Shown one piece after another: positions 20,179 through 30,472 of a stretch of DNA of 64,000 nucleotides (position 1 is its first letter; every line of letters starts with the position of its first letter). A program made the translations under genes and the position numbers. The stretch is from Gammaproteobacteria bacterium (GTDB lineage: Bacteria > Pseudomonadota > Gammaproteobacteria > SZUA-229), in assembly GCA_013041745.1 (NCBI GenBank), contig JABDRN010000112.1, positions 596 to 64,595 on the forward strand, given 5' to 3'. The notes below the pieces were generated by a model. That model was not told the origin of the DNA. It worked only from the letters and a program-made list of their open reading frames with translations, and did not search any database.

Positions 20179-21627
20179 TCACTGCTTTTTAAAAGCCAGA
20201 TCAAGCTGTTTAGCTGCCCTCACTTCATCAAGACGTTTTACCGGCAGCGTCTGAGGTGCCGCATGTAACAGCTCAGGATTGGTTTCCGCTTCATGCTTGA
20301 TCTGTTCAAGCGCATCCATAAAGCCATCCAGTGCTTCCTTTGCCTCTGACTCGGTCGGCTCTATCAACAGACACTCCGGCACCAGTAATGGAAAGTATGT
20401 GGTCGGGGCATGGTAACCAAGATCCAGCAAGCGTTTTGCAAAATCCATCGCTGAAACATGATAATCACGCGCTTCATTTTTCAAAGTAATAATAAATTCA
20501 TGGCTGGCTCGACGGTCGTTTATCGCCAGGGTAAAGCCTCGGCGCTTCGCTTCTGCCATCATATAGTTTGCATTCAGGGTAGCGAACTCGGCGACACGAA
20601 CCATACCCTCTCTGCCGAGCAGGCGCATATAGATATAAGCACGCAGCAATACACCGGGATTGCCCATGAAAGCAGACAGGCGCCCGATACTCTGCGGGCA
20701 GTCTTTCGCAGTGAGATAACGATAACTGTCATCTTCTTCAGTCACTACCGGTAATGGCAGAAACGGTCTCAGACGTTCGGCAACACCTACAGCGCCCGAA
20801 CCCGGACCACCGCCACCATGCGGGGTAGAAAAAGTTTTATGCAGGTTTGAATGGATAACATCAAAACCCATATCGCCAGGACGGATTTTACCGAGGATAG
20901 CATTGAGATTAGCACCGTCGTAATACAGCAAGCCGCCGGCTTCATGTATCACTTTAGCGATGGCTTCGATATTTCGCTCGAACACACCCAGGGTAGAAGG
21001 ATTGGTCAACATCAGTCCCGCTGTATGAGGACCCACGGCCTGTTTTAAAGCATCGATATCAACATCACCATTATCCAGTGTAGCGATCTCTTTCACGGTA
21101 AAGCCACACATCACGGCAGTAGCAGGGTTAGTACCGTGTGCAGCATCAGGAACCAGGATCTCTTTACGTGCATCATCTCCACGAGACCTATGGTAGGCCT
21201 CGATCATGGCAACCCCGGCGAACTCGCCCTGCGCGCCGGCCATCGGCGCCAATGAGAAAGCCGCCATACCAGTCGCTTCACACAACATCGACTGCAGATC
21301 GTGCATACAGGCAAGGAAGCCCTGGTTCTGCGCATCAGGTGTAAGTGGATGTGCGTTAAGAAATCCCGGCAGCATGGCCAGTGAGTTACAGGCACGCGGA
21401 TTATATTTCATGGTGCAGGAACCCAATGGATAAAACTGGGTATCGATGGAGAAGTTCTTCTGTGACAGACGTGTATAGTGCCTGACTGCCTGCAATTCGG
21501 ACACTTCCGGCAAAGCTGCACTGCCCTCACGTAACAGCTTTTCGGGTATCGCGGTCAGCGGTGCTTTCTCAGCCGGCGCCTGTGGTGCACCTCTTCGGCC
21601 TTCTGAGGAATGTTCGAAAATCAACAT
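20179..21627 (-). CDS. gcvPB: Glycine dehydrogenase (decarboxylating) subunit 2
   Basis: [37 protein letters not shown] (PLP lysine), IEPTESE. Confidence 0.95.
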   Translation of the reverse strand: MLIFEHSSEGRRGAPQAPAEKAPLTAIPEKLLREGSAALPEVSELQAVRHYTRLSQKNFSIDTQFYPLGSCTMKYNPRACNSLAMLPGFLNAHPLTPDAQNQGFLACMHDLQSMLCEATGMAAFSLAPMAGAQGEFAGVAMIEAYHRSRGDDARKEILVPDAAHGTNPATAVMCGFTVKEIATLDNGDVDIDALKQAVGPHTAGLMLTNPSTLGVFERNIEAIAKVIHEAGGLLYYDGANLNAILGKIRPGDMGFDVIHSNLHKTFSTPHGGGGPGSGAVGVAERLRPFLPLPVVTEEDDSYRYLTAKDCPQSIGRLSAFMGNPGVLLRAYIYMRLLGREGMVRVAEFATLNANYMMAEAKRRGFTLAINDRRASHEFIITLKNEARDYHVSAMDFAKRLLDLGYHAPTTYFPLLVPECLLIEPTESEAKEALDGFMDALEQIKHEAETNPELLHAAPQTLPVKRLDEVRAAKQLDLAFKKQ

Positions 21628-23042
21628 TATGCACTCTCCGCCAGTGATGCTACGGTGGCGCCAGAGCTTAAAACGTCGCGCATCGCATCGGCATATTGAT
21701 CAATCTCTTCTTCAGTCCGCATCTCTGTAGTACATACCAGTATCGCCTCACCCAGCTCCGGGTAATCCTGAGACAGGTTGTATCCACCAAGGATGCCTTT
21801 TTCCATCAACGCTTTTAATACCTCAGCTGCAGGCTGCTGCTCTAACTGCAGCACCGTCTCATGAAACTGCGGAGCTGAGAATGCCTTTTTCACGCCATCT
21901 ATAGCGATAAGTTTTTCAACCAGACTGTTGTTATTTGCGTGGCAGGCTGCCGCTGTATTCTCCAGGCCTTGAGCACCCTGTATCGCCATATAGATGGTTG
22001 ATGCAGTAACCACAAGGCCCTGATTCGTACAGATATTAGAAGTTGCCTTGGAACGACGGATATGCTGCTCACGTGCCTGAAGTGTCAGCACAAAACCTTC
22101 CTTGCCATCGAGGTCGATGGTGCGGCCGACGATGCGCCCGGGTATCTGCCTGACCAGTGACTGTTTGCAGCAAAGCAGCCCGTAATACGGTCCGCCCGCA
22201 GACATCGGTGCACCTAACGGCTGGCCGTCACCACAGGCGATATCGGCACCAGCATTGTCTTCCCTTCCCCATTTGCCCGGCGGATTCAATACCGACATGA
22301 CGAGCGGATTAATCACAGCGATCACTAGTATATTATTATCATGCGCCCAGTCGGTGATGGCATCAACCTCTTCCAGGCAGCCAAAAAAGTTAGGCTGCTG
22401 CAATACCATAGCCGTGATATCACCGCCGTGTGCTTCGGTTTGCTGTTTTATCTGTTCCAGTGTGACAGTACCGGATGCACTATCATAAGGCACATCGATC
22501 AGCTCGACCTGCTGGCCGTTCACGATAGTATGCGCAGCCTTGCGATAAGACGGATTGACCGATGTCGGTATCAGTATCTTGCGTGATCTGGATTTACGGT
22601 TGGCACGTACCGCCATCAATATCGCTTCTGCCAGCGATGATGCCCCGTCATACATCGAAGCATTGGAAACATCCATCGCAGTCAGTGCGGTCATCATGCT
22701 CTGGTATTCGTATGTTAATTGTAGCGTACCCTGCGAGGCTTCTGCCTGGTAAGGCGTATAAGCACTGTAATACTCACCGCGTGTCGTGATCTCCCAGACC
22801 GCCGACGGAATATGATGCTCGTACGCACCAGCACCTAAAAAGCAGATTGCCGAACTATTTTGATCCGCACGCTGCTTCATGAGACGGGATACTTCCATCT
22901 CATTCATGCTGTGCGGCACTGCTTGTAGAACCCCGGCACGCAGATGTGCTGGAATCTCATCAAATAGATCATCGATAGAATCAACACCGATGGTCTCTAA
23001 CATCTGTGTTATTTCATTTTCTGTGTGAGGGATAAAGGGCAT
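21627..23042 (-). CDS. gcvPA: Glycine dehydrogenase (decarboxylating) subunit 1
   Basis: [44 protein letters not shown]. Confidence 0.95.
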   Translation of the reverse strand: MPFIPHTENEITQMLETIGVDSIDDLFDEIPAHLRAGVLQAVPHSMNEMEVSRLMKQRADQNSSAICFLGAGAYEHHIPSAVWEITTRGEYYSAYTPYQAEASQGTLQLTYEYQSMMTALTAMDVSNASMYDGASSLAEAILMAVRANRKSRSRKILIPTSVNPSYRKAAHTIVNGQQVELIDVPYDSASGTVTLEQIKQQTEAHGGDITAMVLQQPNFFGCLEEVDAITDWAHDNNILVIAVINPLVMSVLNPPGKWGREDNAGADIACGDGQPLGAPMSAGGPYYGLLCCKQSLVRQIPGRIVGRTIDLDGKEGFVLTLQAREQHIRRSKATSNICTNQGLVVTASTIYMAIQGAQGLENTAAACHANNNSLVEKLIAIDGVKKAFSAPQFHETVLQLEQQPAAEVLKALMEKGILGGYNLSQDYPELGEAILVCTTEMRTEEEIDQYADAMRDVLSSGATVASLAESA

Positions 23043-23056
23043 AGTAAAACGGGTTT

Positions 23057-23164
23057 TAAGTTGAAAGTTTCATGTTGCAAGTCTTAAGAGAAAGTTTTTA
23101 AAAGCAGTGGTAATTTTTAGAATCATTCATGGCTTTTGACTTATAACATAAAACTTATAACTTA
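23057..23164. repeat. Degenerate heptamer tandem repeats in inverted orientation
   Basis: TAAGTTG AAAGTTT CATGTTG CAAGTCT on the left versus the reverse complement of the right arm, TAAGTTA TAAGTTT TATGTTA TAAGTCA. Confidence 0.65.
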
Positions 23165-23175
23165 TTACTAATTTA

Positions 23176-23559
23176 TTATTCTGCGATCTCTGCCTGGTAT
23201 GCGTCCGCATCCATCAGGTCTTCGATCTCTTCTGCCGAAGGCTGCACTTTAAATAACCAGCCACTGTCATAAGGAGAGCTGTTTATTATCTCTGGCTCAT
23301 CAACCAGGGCTTCATTGATTTCTACGATCTCACCACTGATCGGCATATAGACATCAGAGGCCGCTTTCACCGACTCAACGACACAGCATTCGTCACCGGC
23401 GACAAACTCGGTGCCAGTTTCGGGCAGTTCCACGAATACCAGATCACCCAACAACTCCTGTGCATGATCGCTTATACCGACAGTAACCAGGCCATCATCT
23501 TCAACACGCAGCCATTCGTGTGATTTGGTATATTTCAATTCTAAAGGCACTTCACTCAT
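23176..23559 (-). CDS. gcvH: Glycine cleavage system H protein
   Basis: [17 protein letters not shown] lipoyl-lysine motif, NSSPY..GW. Confidence 0.96.
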   Translation of the reverse strand: MSEVPLELKYTKSHEWLRVEDDGLVTVGISDHAQELLGDLVFVELPETGTEFVAGDECCVVESVKAASDVYMPISGEIVEINEALVDEPEIINSSPYDSGWLFKVQPSAEEIEDLMDADAYQAEIAE

Positions 23560-23655
23560 TTATTTCCCCTGCTACATGTTTTCTGAGGCGCACATTATAA
23601 CCCCCAGTCTATGATTTTTAATATGGCTATCCTTATTCAACGACCGGCCAATCGA

Positions 23656-24759
23656 CTATACGGCCTTACCATCGCGAACAAAGACTGGCTTGACCACCCT
23701 TGCTTTCAGTATTTTACCGCGAATCTCGACACCACAGAAATCGCCGATCTCGATCGGTACCCGTGCCAGCGCGATAGATTTCTGTAGGCTGGGTGAAAAG
23801 CTGCCACTGGTAATCTCACCTTCCAGCTGTTTGCCATCATGCTCAACGACCACCTTTTGATGGCTGCGCAGCACACCTCTTTCCTCCAGGATCAGTCCGA
23901 CGATCTTCTGCCTGACGCCATCAGCTTTTTCTTTCTCGATGATGCTGCGGCCGATGAAATCCCTGTCTTCCGGCAGCCATGCGATGGTCCAGCCGAGGCC
24001 AGAGATCAACGGTGAAGTCTCTTCGGTCATATCACTGCCATAAAGATTCATCCCGGCTTCGAGCCTTAATGTATCGCGTGCGCCTAATCCGCAGGGTTTT
24101 ACCCCGGCGCCGGCCAGTTTATCCCATAGAGCAGGCGCTTCAGAATCAGGCACCATGATCTCAAAACCATCTTCTCCGGTATAGCCTGTACGTCCGACAA
24201 ACCACTCGCCACAATCCGCACCAAAAAAACGTTCCAGAGGAGTTGCTGCTTCGACCACATCGAGCGGCAAAACTTCAAATGCTTTCTCACGGGCATGCGG
24301 TCCCTGCACCGCGATCATCGCCAGATCATCACGTGCTTTTACGCTGACACCAAAATCATCGGCATGCTGGTTGAACCAGGCCAGGTCTTTCGCTGCAGTT
24401 CCGGCATTGACCACGATACGATACCAGTCGTCCGTCATGTAATACACGATCAGATCATCGATGACCCCTCCCTCTGGGTTGAGCATACAACTATACAGAG
24501 CCTTCCCATTTTCGGTCAGCTTGGCCACATCATTTGCCAACAGGCGCTGCAGCAAGGCCTTGATATCACCCGCCTCGGTTGCCTTGTGCAGATCAAGGAT
24601 GACCATATGCGACACATCGAACATACCGGCATCATTACGAACCTGGTGATGCTCATCCACCTGCGAGCCATAATTAACCGGCATCTGCCAGCCGGCAAAA
24701 TCAACGATCTTGCCTTTATACTCAAGGTGTTTGTCAAAAAGTACTGTTTTATCGCTCAT
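23656..24759 (-). CDS. gcvT: Glycine cleavage aminomethyltransferase T
   Basis: FAGWQMP, FDVSHM, RTGYTGEDGFE, GLGARDTLRLEAG. Confidence 0.96.
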   Translation of the reverse strand: MSDKTVLFDKHLEYKGKIVDFAGWQMPVNYGSQVDEHHQVRNDAGMFDVSHMVILDLHKATEAGDIKALLQRLLANDVAKLTENGKALYSCMLNPEGGVIDDLIVYYMTDDWYRIVVNAGTAAKDLAWFNQHADDFGVSVKARDDLAMIAVQGPHAREKAFEVLPLDVVEAATPLERFFGADCGEWFVGRTGYTGEDGFEIMVPDSEAPALWDKLAGAGVKPCGLGARDTLRLEAGMNLYGSDMTEETSPLISGLGWTIAWLPEDRDFIGRSIIEKEKADGVRQKIVGLILEERGVLRSHQKVVVEHDGKQLEGEITSGSFSPSLQKSIALARVPIEIGDFCGVEIRGKILKARVVKPVFVRDGKAV

Positions 24760-24883
24760 AGCTCATTAATCTGGCAAAAAATTATCTGCAATATTCTAAA
24801 CCTTTTACGAACTTATAATCCTGATTAAAAATAGTGTTACTTGTTACTTTACTACACGTTTACTGCAGCCTGAAACGCTTGCC

Positions 24884-26089
24884 TTATGCGCCTAATGCCT
24901 GCCTGATTATTCGATACTTCACAGCGGGAAGGTGGTCGACCAGTGATAGACCGGCATTTCGTAATTCAGAAACAAAGGCATTATCCTGGCCAAAAAGTTC
25001 CTTGAAGCCCGTCATCGACATCTCCATCACCCTGTTTGCCCCCTTTCGTTTACGCTGGTATTTTGACAGCGTATGCAAAGCCGACCATTGCCGTCCCGCT
25101 GTCCTGGCGGTACAGATAACATCTGCCAGCGCTGCAGCATCGGCGATTCCAAGGTTTGCCCCCTGGCCGGCCAGGGGGTGTATACTGTGAGCCGCATCAC
25201 CGATCAGGGCCAGCCCCGGTCTCACATATTCTGTCGCGTGGCCATGCGCCAGTGGAAATAAATAACGCTGGCTTAGATCAGTGATCTCGCCAAGCTGATA
25301 TTGACTCTCCTCGGCCAGTACCCGTTTAAATTCTTCATCATTCATTGCCATGCATGATTGCGCCGAGTCGTCATCAAGCGTCCAGACGATAGAGCTCCAG
25401 CCATTATATAATGGCAGGAAAGCCAGCGGCCCTGTCGGCATAAAACATTGCCAGGCCGTATTCTGATGACTCTCAGCGGTAGCAACATTACACACCAGGC
25501 CAAACTGCCGATATGGCTGCTGCGAACGCTGGATCGAGGCGATCTCGCGGATTTTCGAATTTGCACCATCTGCACCGACCAGTAAAGCGGCAGAGAGCTG
25601 CAACCCTGAGGACAGTTTCACCGTACTGACTGACTGCCCAGCAGCTTTTGGCCGATAGTCTATCGATGTTATCTCTTCAGGACAGAAACAGGAGATATTC
25701 TCTGCCGCTGTTACCATTTCCAGCAGCATGTGCTGCAATATGTAATTCTCTATGATGACACCCAGTTCAGACAATCCCAGTTCGACACTATCAAACTGAA
25801 TCTGCCCGGCACCGGTCTGATCCCAGACGAACATCTTGTCGAAGATACAGGCACGCTGAACCAGTGGGGAACGCCAGACACCGGCCTGCTTGAATTGCTG
25901 TAATGCGAAACGATTGATTGCTGACACCCGACAGTCCGGCGGTTCAGTAACCGCTTTTAGCTCGTTCCGCTCGACCACTGCCACTGAAAAATCAGTGGCT
26001 GCCAGCTCGCAGGCAAGGCTCAGTCCGACGATACCACCGCCGACGATCACGACATCAAAGTCGGCAGGTGTTTTTTCATGCGGTTTCAT
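24884..26089 (-). CDS. ubiI: FAD-dependent ubiquinone biosynthesis hydroxylase (UbiI/VisC-like)
   Basis: GGGIVG, RVSAIN, GADGANS, GDAAHSIHPLAGQGANLG; directly follows ubiH. Confidence 0.8.
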   Translation of the reverse strand: MKPHEKTPADFDVVIVGGGIVGLSLACELAATDFSVAVVERNELKAVTEPPDCRVSAINRFALQQFKQAGVWRSPLVQRACIFDKMFVWDQTGAGQIQFDSVELGLSELGVIIENYILQHMLLEMVTAAENISCFCPEEITSIDYRPKAAGQSVSTVKLSSGLQLSAALLVGADGANSKIREIASIQRSQQPYRQFGLVCNVATAESHQNTAWQCFMPTGPLAFLPLYNGWSSIVWTLDDDSAQSCMAMNDEEFKRVLAEESQYQLGEITDLSQRYLFPLAHGHATEYVRPGLALIGDAAHSIHPLAGQGANLGIADAAALADVICTARTAGRQWSALHTLSKYQRKRKGANRVMEMSMTGFKELFGQDNAFVSELRNAGLSLVDHLPAVKYRIIRQALGA

Positions 26090-27357
26090 AAGGGCAAACC
26101 CCGACCCAGGCGTGACAGTTTTCCACCCTTGCCTGCATTCAGCCCCATGCTCTGCACCGCCAGCTGATGCTTAAGATCAGGCAGGATATCAACCATAAAC
26201 AGTCCCAATGAGCGCATGTGTGCGAGTGGCGGTATCGAGTTAGAAAACGTTCTAACCAGGGCATCGGTAAAACGATAGACGCGTTTGATATCTACATCAC
26301 GCTGAGTCTCGTATTGCTGCAGCATAGCAAGAGAACCGATATCTGCCGCCTTGCGACGCTGCTCGACGATCAACTCTGACAACAGTGCCACATCCCTCAA
26401 TGCCAGGTTGAAACCCTGTCCAGCTACCGGGTGAACGCTGTGCGCGGCATTGCCGATAAGCGCTACCCGGCCATGCACCATCTGCGTCGCAGACTGCAGA
26501 AACAGTGGATAGATATGACGCATTCCTATCTTCTTTATCCGCCCCAGACGATAGCCAAAACGCTGCTGTAGCTGCGCTAGAAAATCAGCCTCATCGAGCG
26601 CATAAAGGTAATCGGCCTGTTCCGGACTCAGCGTCCACACTACCGAGCAGCGGTTCTGAGTCATCGGCAGGAATGCCAGTGGCCCGCTGTCGGTGAAACG
26701 TTCATAAGCCACATTTTCGTGCTTTTTACCCGGTGTGACATTGGTGATAAGTGCAGATTGCTCATAGTCTTTTCGGCTGCTGCCGATGTTCAACACTTTC
26801 ATCACCTGTGAATTATTACCATCAGCCGCGACCAGTAGTTCAGCCGTTAATGTCTGCGTGCTGCCATCCACCATCACATCGACCGATACCCGCCCTTCGG
26901 GATGTGTGAAATCCTGCTGCAGAGACTTCAACTCGGCCGGACAAAACAGGGTGATGTCTGCACTCTCGTGCATTACCCGGTATAACTGCTGACCGATATT
27001 ACGGTTCTCCAGTACATAACCAAGTGCCTCCACACCCTCCTGCTCACTGCTCAGTCGGGTCACGCCAAAATGTCCGCGGTCGGAGATGTGGATACTATCT
27101 ATCGCTTCAGCCTGCTCAGCAAGTAGCGGCCAGACACCCATGCTGTCAAAGATACAGCGGCTGCCATAGGAGAGAGCGATGGTTCGATCATCGTAACTGG
27201 GCTGAGACTCAGTGTTTAACTCATAAGCTTCGACCACTGCGATTTTAAGGGGCTCTTCAAGCGCGGCACTTTTTAAGGCACAGGCGAGGCTGGCACCGGC
27301 GAGACCGCCGCCGATAATGATCAGATCATAGTGATTGTTAACTGACGAGCCTGGCAT
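26086..27357 (-). CDS. ubiH: 2-octaprenyl-6-methoxyphenol hydroxylase
   Basis: DDRTIALSYGS, IHISDRGHFG, AYERFT, GNAAHSVHPVAGQGFNLALRD; follows pepP. Confidence 0.9.
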   Translation of the reverse strand: MPGSSVNNHYDLIIIGGGLAGASLACALKSAALEEPLKIAVVEAYELNTESQPSYDDRTIALSYGSRCIFDSMGVWPLLAEQAEAIDSIHISDRGHFGVTRLSSEQEGVEALGYVLENRNIGQQLYRVMHESADITLFCPAELKSLQQDFTHPEGRVSVDVMVDGSTQTLTAELLVAADGNNSQVMKVLNIGSSRKDYEQSALITNVTPGKKHENVAYERFTDSGPLAFLPMTQNRCSVVWTLSPEQADYLYALDEADFLAQLQQRFGYRLGRIKKIGMRHIYPLFLQSATQMVHGRVALIGNAAHSVHPVAGQGFNLALRDVALLSELIVEQRRKAADIGSLAMLQQYETQRDVDIKRVYRFTDALVRTFSNSIPPLAHMRSLGLFMVDILPDLKHQLAVQSMGLNAGKGGKLSRLGRGLPL

Positions 27358-27380
27358 AATCGATATTCAGTGCCGATATC

Positions 27381-28682
27381 TCAGCCGACCATGACCGCTT
27401 CGACTTCGTCTGCAGTCCGCGGCAAGCCTTTGGTCAGCAGCTCGTAGCCGTCTTTGCTCACTGCAAGATCATCTTCGATACGTACCCCGATGTTCCACCA
27501 GCGCCTGGCTCCGCGGATACCGGCCGGTATGTAGAGGCCCGGCTCGACGGTCAGCACCATGCCGGGCTCGAGCATACGCCAGTTGTCATCGACCTTATAG
27601 TCACCGACATCATGTACATCCATACCAAGCCAGTGGCCAGTGCGATGCATATAATATTTCATATAACTGCCATCCTTTATCAACTGAGCCGGACGGCCCT
27701 TCAACAAGCCTATCTCAACCATGCCTTTGGTCAGAGCTTTGACTGCGGCATTATGCGGGTCATTCCAGTGGTTACCCGGTTTCACTTTTGCAAATGCCGC
27801 ATTCTGCGCTTCCAGCACAACTTCATAGATCTCTCTTTGCGGCACGGTATATTTTCCATTTACCGGAAATGTACGCGTGATATCAGCAGCATAGCCCTGG
27901 TATTCCGCACCGGCATCGATCAACACCAGCTCTTTATCTTTCAGCTCGGAATTATTCTCCGTGTAATGCAGAATACAGCCATTCTCACCACCACCAACGA
28001 TGGATGAATACGCCCAGTCGGCACCATTGCGCTTGAACTCGAAAAGAAATTCAGCCTCAAGCTCATACTCATTCAGCCCGGGTTGACAGATCTGCATCGC
28101 ATTGATGTGCGCCTGCACGGAAATCTTTGCCGCTTTACGCATCAGCGCCAGTTCTTCGCGGCCCTTATATAAACGCATGTCATGCAGCAGATACTCCAGC
28201 GAGACAAATTCGTAAGGCACGCGTGCACCGCGGCGAGACTGGGTTCGCAGATCATTGACACATTTGAGGACATGTTTATCAAATGAATGATTCAGACCGA
28301 TGCTGTAATAAACACTTTCCCTGCCTTCCATGAGGCCCGGCAGGATATCTTCCAGGTCATCGATCGGATAGGCATCGTCTGCATCGAAATGCTCGATAGC
28401 ACCCTCGGTACCATAGCGACGCCCATCCCAGGTTTCTTTAAGCGGGTCGCGGTCTCGGCAGAACAGCACAAACTCGCCCTGCTTGCGGCCTGGTATCAAG
28501 ACAATGACGGACTCAGGCTCATTGAAACCGCTCAGGTACATGAAATCACTGTCCTGGCGAAAACCATGCTCGACATCCCGGTTTCTCACCAGCGTCGGCG
28601 CAGAAGGCAGGATAGCCACCGAGTTCTCATTCATCATCCGCATCAGCTGTCTGCGGCGTTTTGCATAAACTTTCTTATTCAA
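27381..28682 (-). CDS. pepP: Xaa-Pro aminopeptidase P
   Basis: FRQDSDF, ILHY, DAGAEY.GYAADITRTFP, HWLGMDVHD, EPGLY, GVRIEDD. Confidence 0.95.
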   Translation of the reverse strand: MNKKVYAKRRRQLMRMMNENSVAILPSAPTLVRNRDVEHGFRQDSDFMYLSGFNEPESVIVLIPGRKQGEFVLFCRDRDPLKETWDGRRYGTEGAIEHFDADDAYPIDDLEDILPGLMEGRESVYYSIGLNHSFDKHVLKCVNDLRTQSRRGARVPYEFVSLEYLLHDMRLYKGREELALMRKAAKISVQAHINAMQICQPGLNEYELEAEFLFEFKRNGADWAYSSIVGGGENGCILHYTENNSELKDKELVLIDAGAEYQGYAADITRTFPVNGKYTVPQREIYEVVLEAQNAAFAKVKPGNHWNDPHNAAVKALTKGMVEIGLLKGRPAQLIKDGSYMKYYMHRTGHWLGMDVHDVGDYKVDDNWRMLEPGMVLTVEPGLYIPAGIRGARRWWNIGVRIEDDLAVSKDGYELLTKGLPRTADEVEAVMVG

Positions 28683-28718
28683 TCTGCTTCTCTTGCTAAT
28701 TTTCTTACACGATAGTTT

Positions 28719-29306
28719 TTAATGGACCGTCTGCGAAGACTGTAACGGCTGCAATTCCTCATAGATCAGCAGCACACCCATGCGGACATATTCACTGACT
28801 TCCATGAACGCCACTTCATCTTCCTCGTTGCTGCCTTCGTCAGTCGCCAGTTCTGCCTCGTTGTCTGCGACATAACCGGCGCGCGAGATCTCCAGGATAT
28901 CGGTGATAAGCTCCTTGCTGTCTTCCGGCAGTTCAGTATCCTCTTTGATACCGCCTATCGCCAGGCCATAGACAAATCCCTGGCACCAGGCGCCGAGAGC
29001 TTCGATACGCATCTCCAGCGGCTCATCGTCATCAGGCAGCATCAATTCGAAATCAGCCTCGGTATCATTCATCTGCTCCACCGATATCTGGTGGATCTGC
29101 ATCAGCTTCTTACCCGCTTGCTGCAATGCATTGCTGGTCTCTTCATGTTCACCCAGAACACATAACATCCATTGTGAAGCTTCGGTAGCGCCTTGGGCAC
29201 ATAGCATGCCACATAGCGCACCATGTGACTCTGTCGCTCCTAGTGCGGCATCGACGTTAAACAAGATGTCTTCTAATTGTGGGATATCGGGAAAACTCTG
29301 CATCAT
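28719..29306 (-). CDS. ygfB: UPF0149/YgfB family protein
   Basis: ESHGALCGML, FELMLPDDD, WCQGFVYG, EYVRMG; conserved position upstream of pepP. Exact start uncertain. Confidence 0.87.
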   Translation of the reverse strand: MMQSFPDIPQLEDILFNVDAALGATESHGALCGMLCAQGATEASQWMLCVLGEHEETSNALQQAGKKLMQIHQISVEQMNDTEADFELMLPDDDEPLEMRIEALGAWCQGFVYGLAIGGIKEDTELPEDSKELITDILEISRAGYVADNEAELATDEGSNEEDEVAFMEVSEYVRMGVLLIYEELQPLQSSQTVH

Positions 29307-29413
29307 ATGGAATAATATTGTCAAAAAGACGTCAGTTTAAAACAATCCGGAGATAAATTCCCCTGATATGCATAGTGTGACAATGTAATTTTATGCAAAA
29401 TTCCCTATTGTAA

Positions 29414-29442
29414 TTGACCGGACGCAATTCTCGTCCTAGTAT
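29414..29442 (+). promoter_or_regulatory. Sigma70 promoter of the TIGR02449-zapA unit
   Basis: TTGACC-17 bp-TAGTAT, ending 7 nt before ATG 29450. Confidence 0.6.
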
Positions 29443-29449
29443 TAGTACC

Positions 29450-29662
29450 ATGAATGACACAATAAAAAGAATAAACAAATTAGAAGCACAAGTTAATGAA
29501 CTACTGGAACTCTGTCAGCGACTGGGCAATGATAACCAGGAGCTTCGAGCACAACTTCAAACACTGACTTCTGAACGATCGAGCCTCATCGAAGCGAAAG
29601 AAAAAGTTCGCGTTCAGGTTGAATCGATGATCACACGTTTGCGATCGATGGAAAAAGCCTAG
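29450..29662 (+). CDS. TIGR02449 / ZapB-like coiled-coil protein
   Basis: LEAQVNELLELC..L..DNQELR...KVRVQVESMITRLRSME; sits upstream of zapA. Confidence 0.82.
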   Translation: MNDTIKRINKLEAQVNELLELCQRLGNDNQELRAQLQTLTSERSSLIEAKEKVRVQVESMITRLRSMEKA

Positions 29663-29764
29663 TTGCAGCGATCTAGCTGCAATGATCTGGATATATAATC
29701 CCGAAAAAAAACCGGCAGCATCGAACCCGTTAAAGGTCTTGAGTGAACCGCATGAGCCACCATT

Positions 29765-30067
29765 ATGAATAAGGCAGAACCCTTAACAGTAAAGATTATG
29801 GACAAGGAATATCGCATCGCCTGTCCCGAAGAAGAAAAGGACAACCTCAAAGCATCTGCCGATCTGTTAAATGAAAAGCTCAATGAAATCAAACAGCAGG
29901 GCTCGGTTATCGGCACAGAGCGAATCGCGATAATGGCAGCACTCAATATGAGCCATGAGATCCTTCACAACCAGTCTATCGTGGAGCAACATGACGACCT
30001 CAACGAACGTATAGACGACCTCTCAGAACGCATTACTGATTCCATGCGCGACATCCAGCTGGTCTAG
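29765..30067 (+). CDS. zapA: Cell division protein ZapA
   Basis: VKIMDKEYRIACP, ERIAIMAALN; lies between the TIGR02449 gene and 6S RNA. Confidence 0.92.
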   Translation: MNKAEPLTVKIMDKEYRIACPEEEKDNLKASADLLNEKLNEIKQQGSVIGTERIAIMAALNMSHEILHNQSIVEQHDDLNERIDDLSERITDSMRDIQLV

Positions 30068-30135
30068 ATAAAAAACTGGTATCCAGTTTCAATGACGCAT
30101 ATCAACTCTTAATTAACTATAATCCACAATATCAG

Positions 30136-30163
30136 TTGATTTCAGCCAGACATTACTTACAAT
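30136..30163 (+). promoter_or_regulatory. Putative sigma70 promoter for the 6S RNA-ygfA transcript
   Basis: TTGATT-16 bp-TACAAT. Confidence 0.45.
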
Positions 30164-30233
30164 AGAAACATCGGATGCAAAGATGCTACTCGCTGAAACA
30201 GCGGCTAGCGATAGGAAAAGCATCCACCAGTTT

Positions 30234-30423
30234 TGACATCTCTAGGGTGTACGTAAGCTACCTGTAATATCCCTTGAGCCTTAAATACTGACTTTGGGAA
30301 TTGGACTGTTGAGGCCGTGTGCATTACCGTTTCGACGGGAAGCCTAACGCAGCATCGCTGGTTCCCCCCTGAACTTACCGGTTCAAGGTCAACAGTATTT
30401 GCTACGGCACTCCGGAGATGTCA
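30234..30423 (+). ncRNA. ssrS: 6S RNA
   Basis: Canonical zapA-ssrS-ygfA position; complementary ends TGACATCTCT / GGAGATGTCA; CCTTGAGCC pairs with GGTTCAAGG; central GTGTGCAT..CCG...CGGGAAGCC; ~190 nt. Confidence 0.88.
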
Positions 30424-30472
30424 TCCTATCTTTACTGATGAGCACAGAAGCGTTCAATCCCATCGATAGCTA

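Noticed and set aside
24760-24883. Glycine riboswitch upstream of gcvT
   Set aside because: The region is short and AT-rich, with no GGAGA...CCGAAG...CUCUCAGG aptamer motifs.
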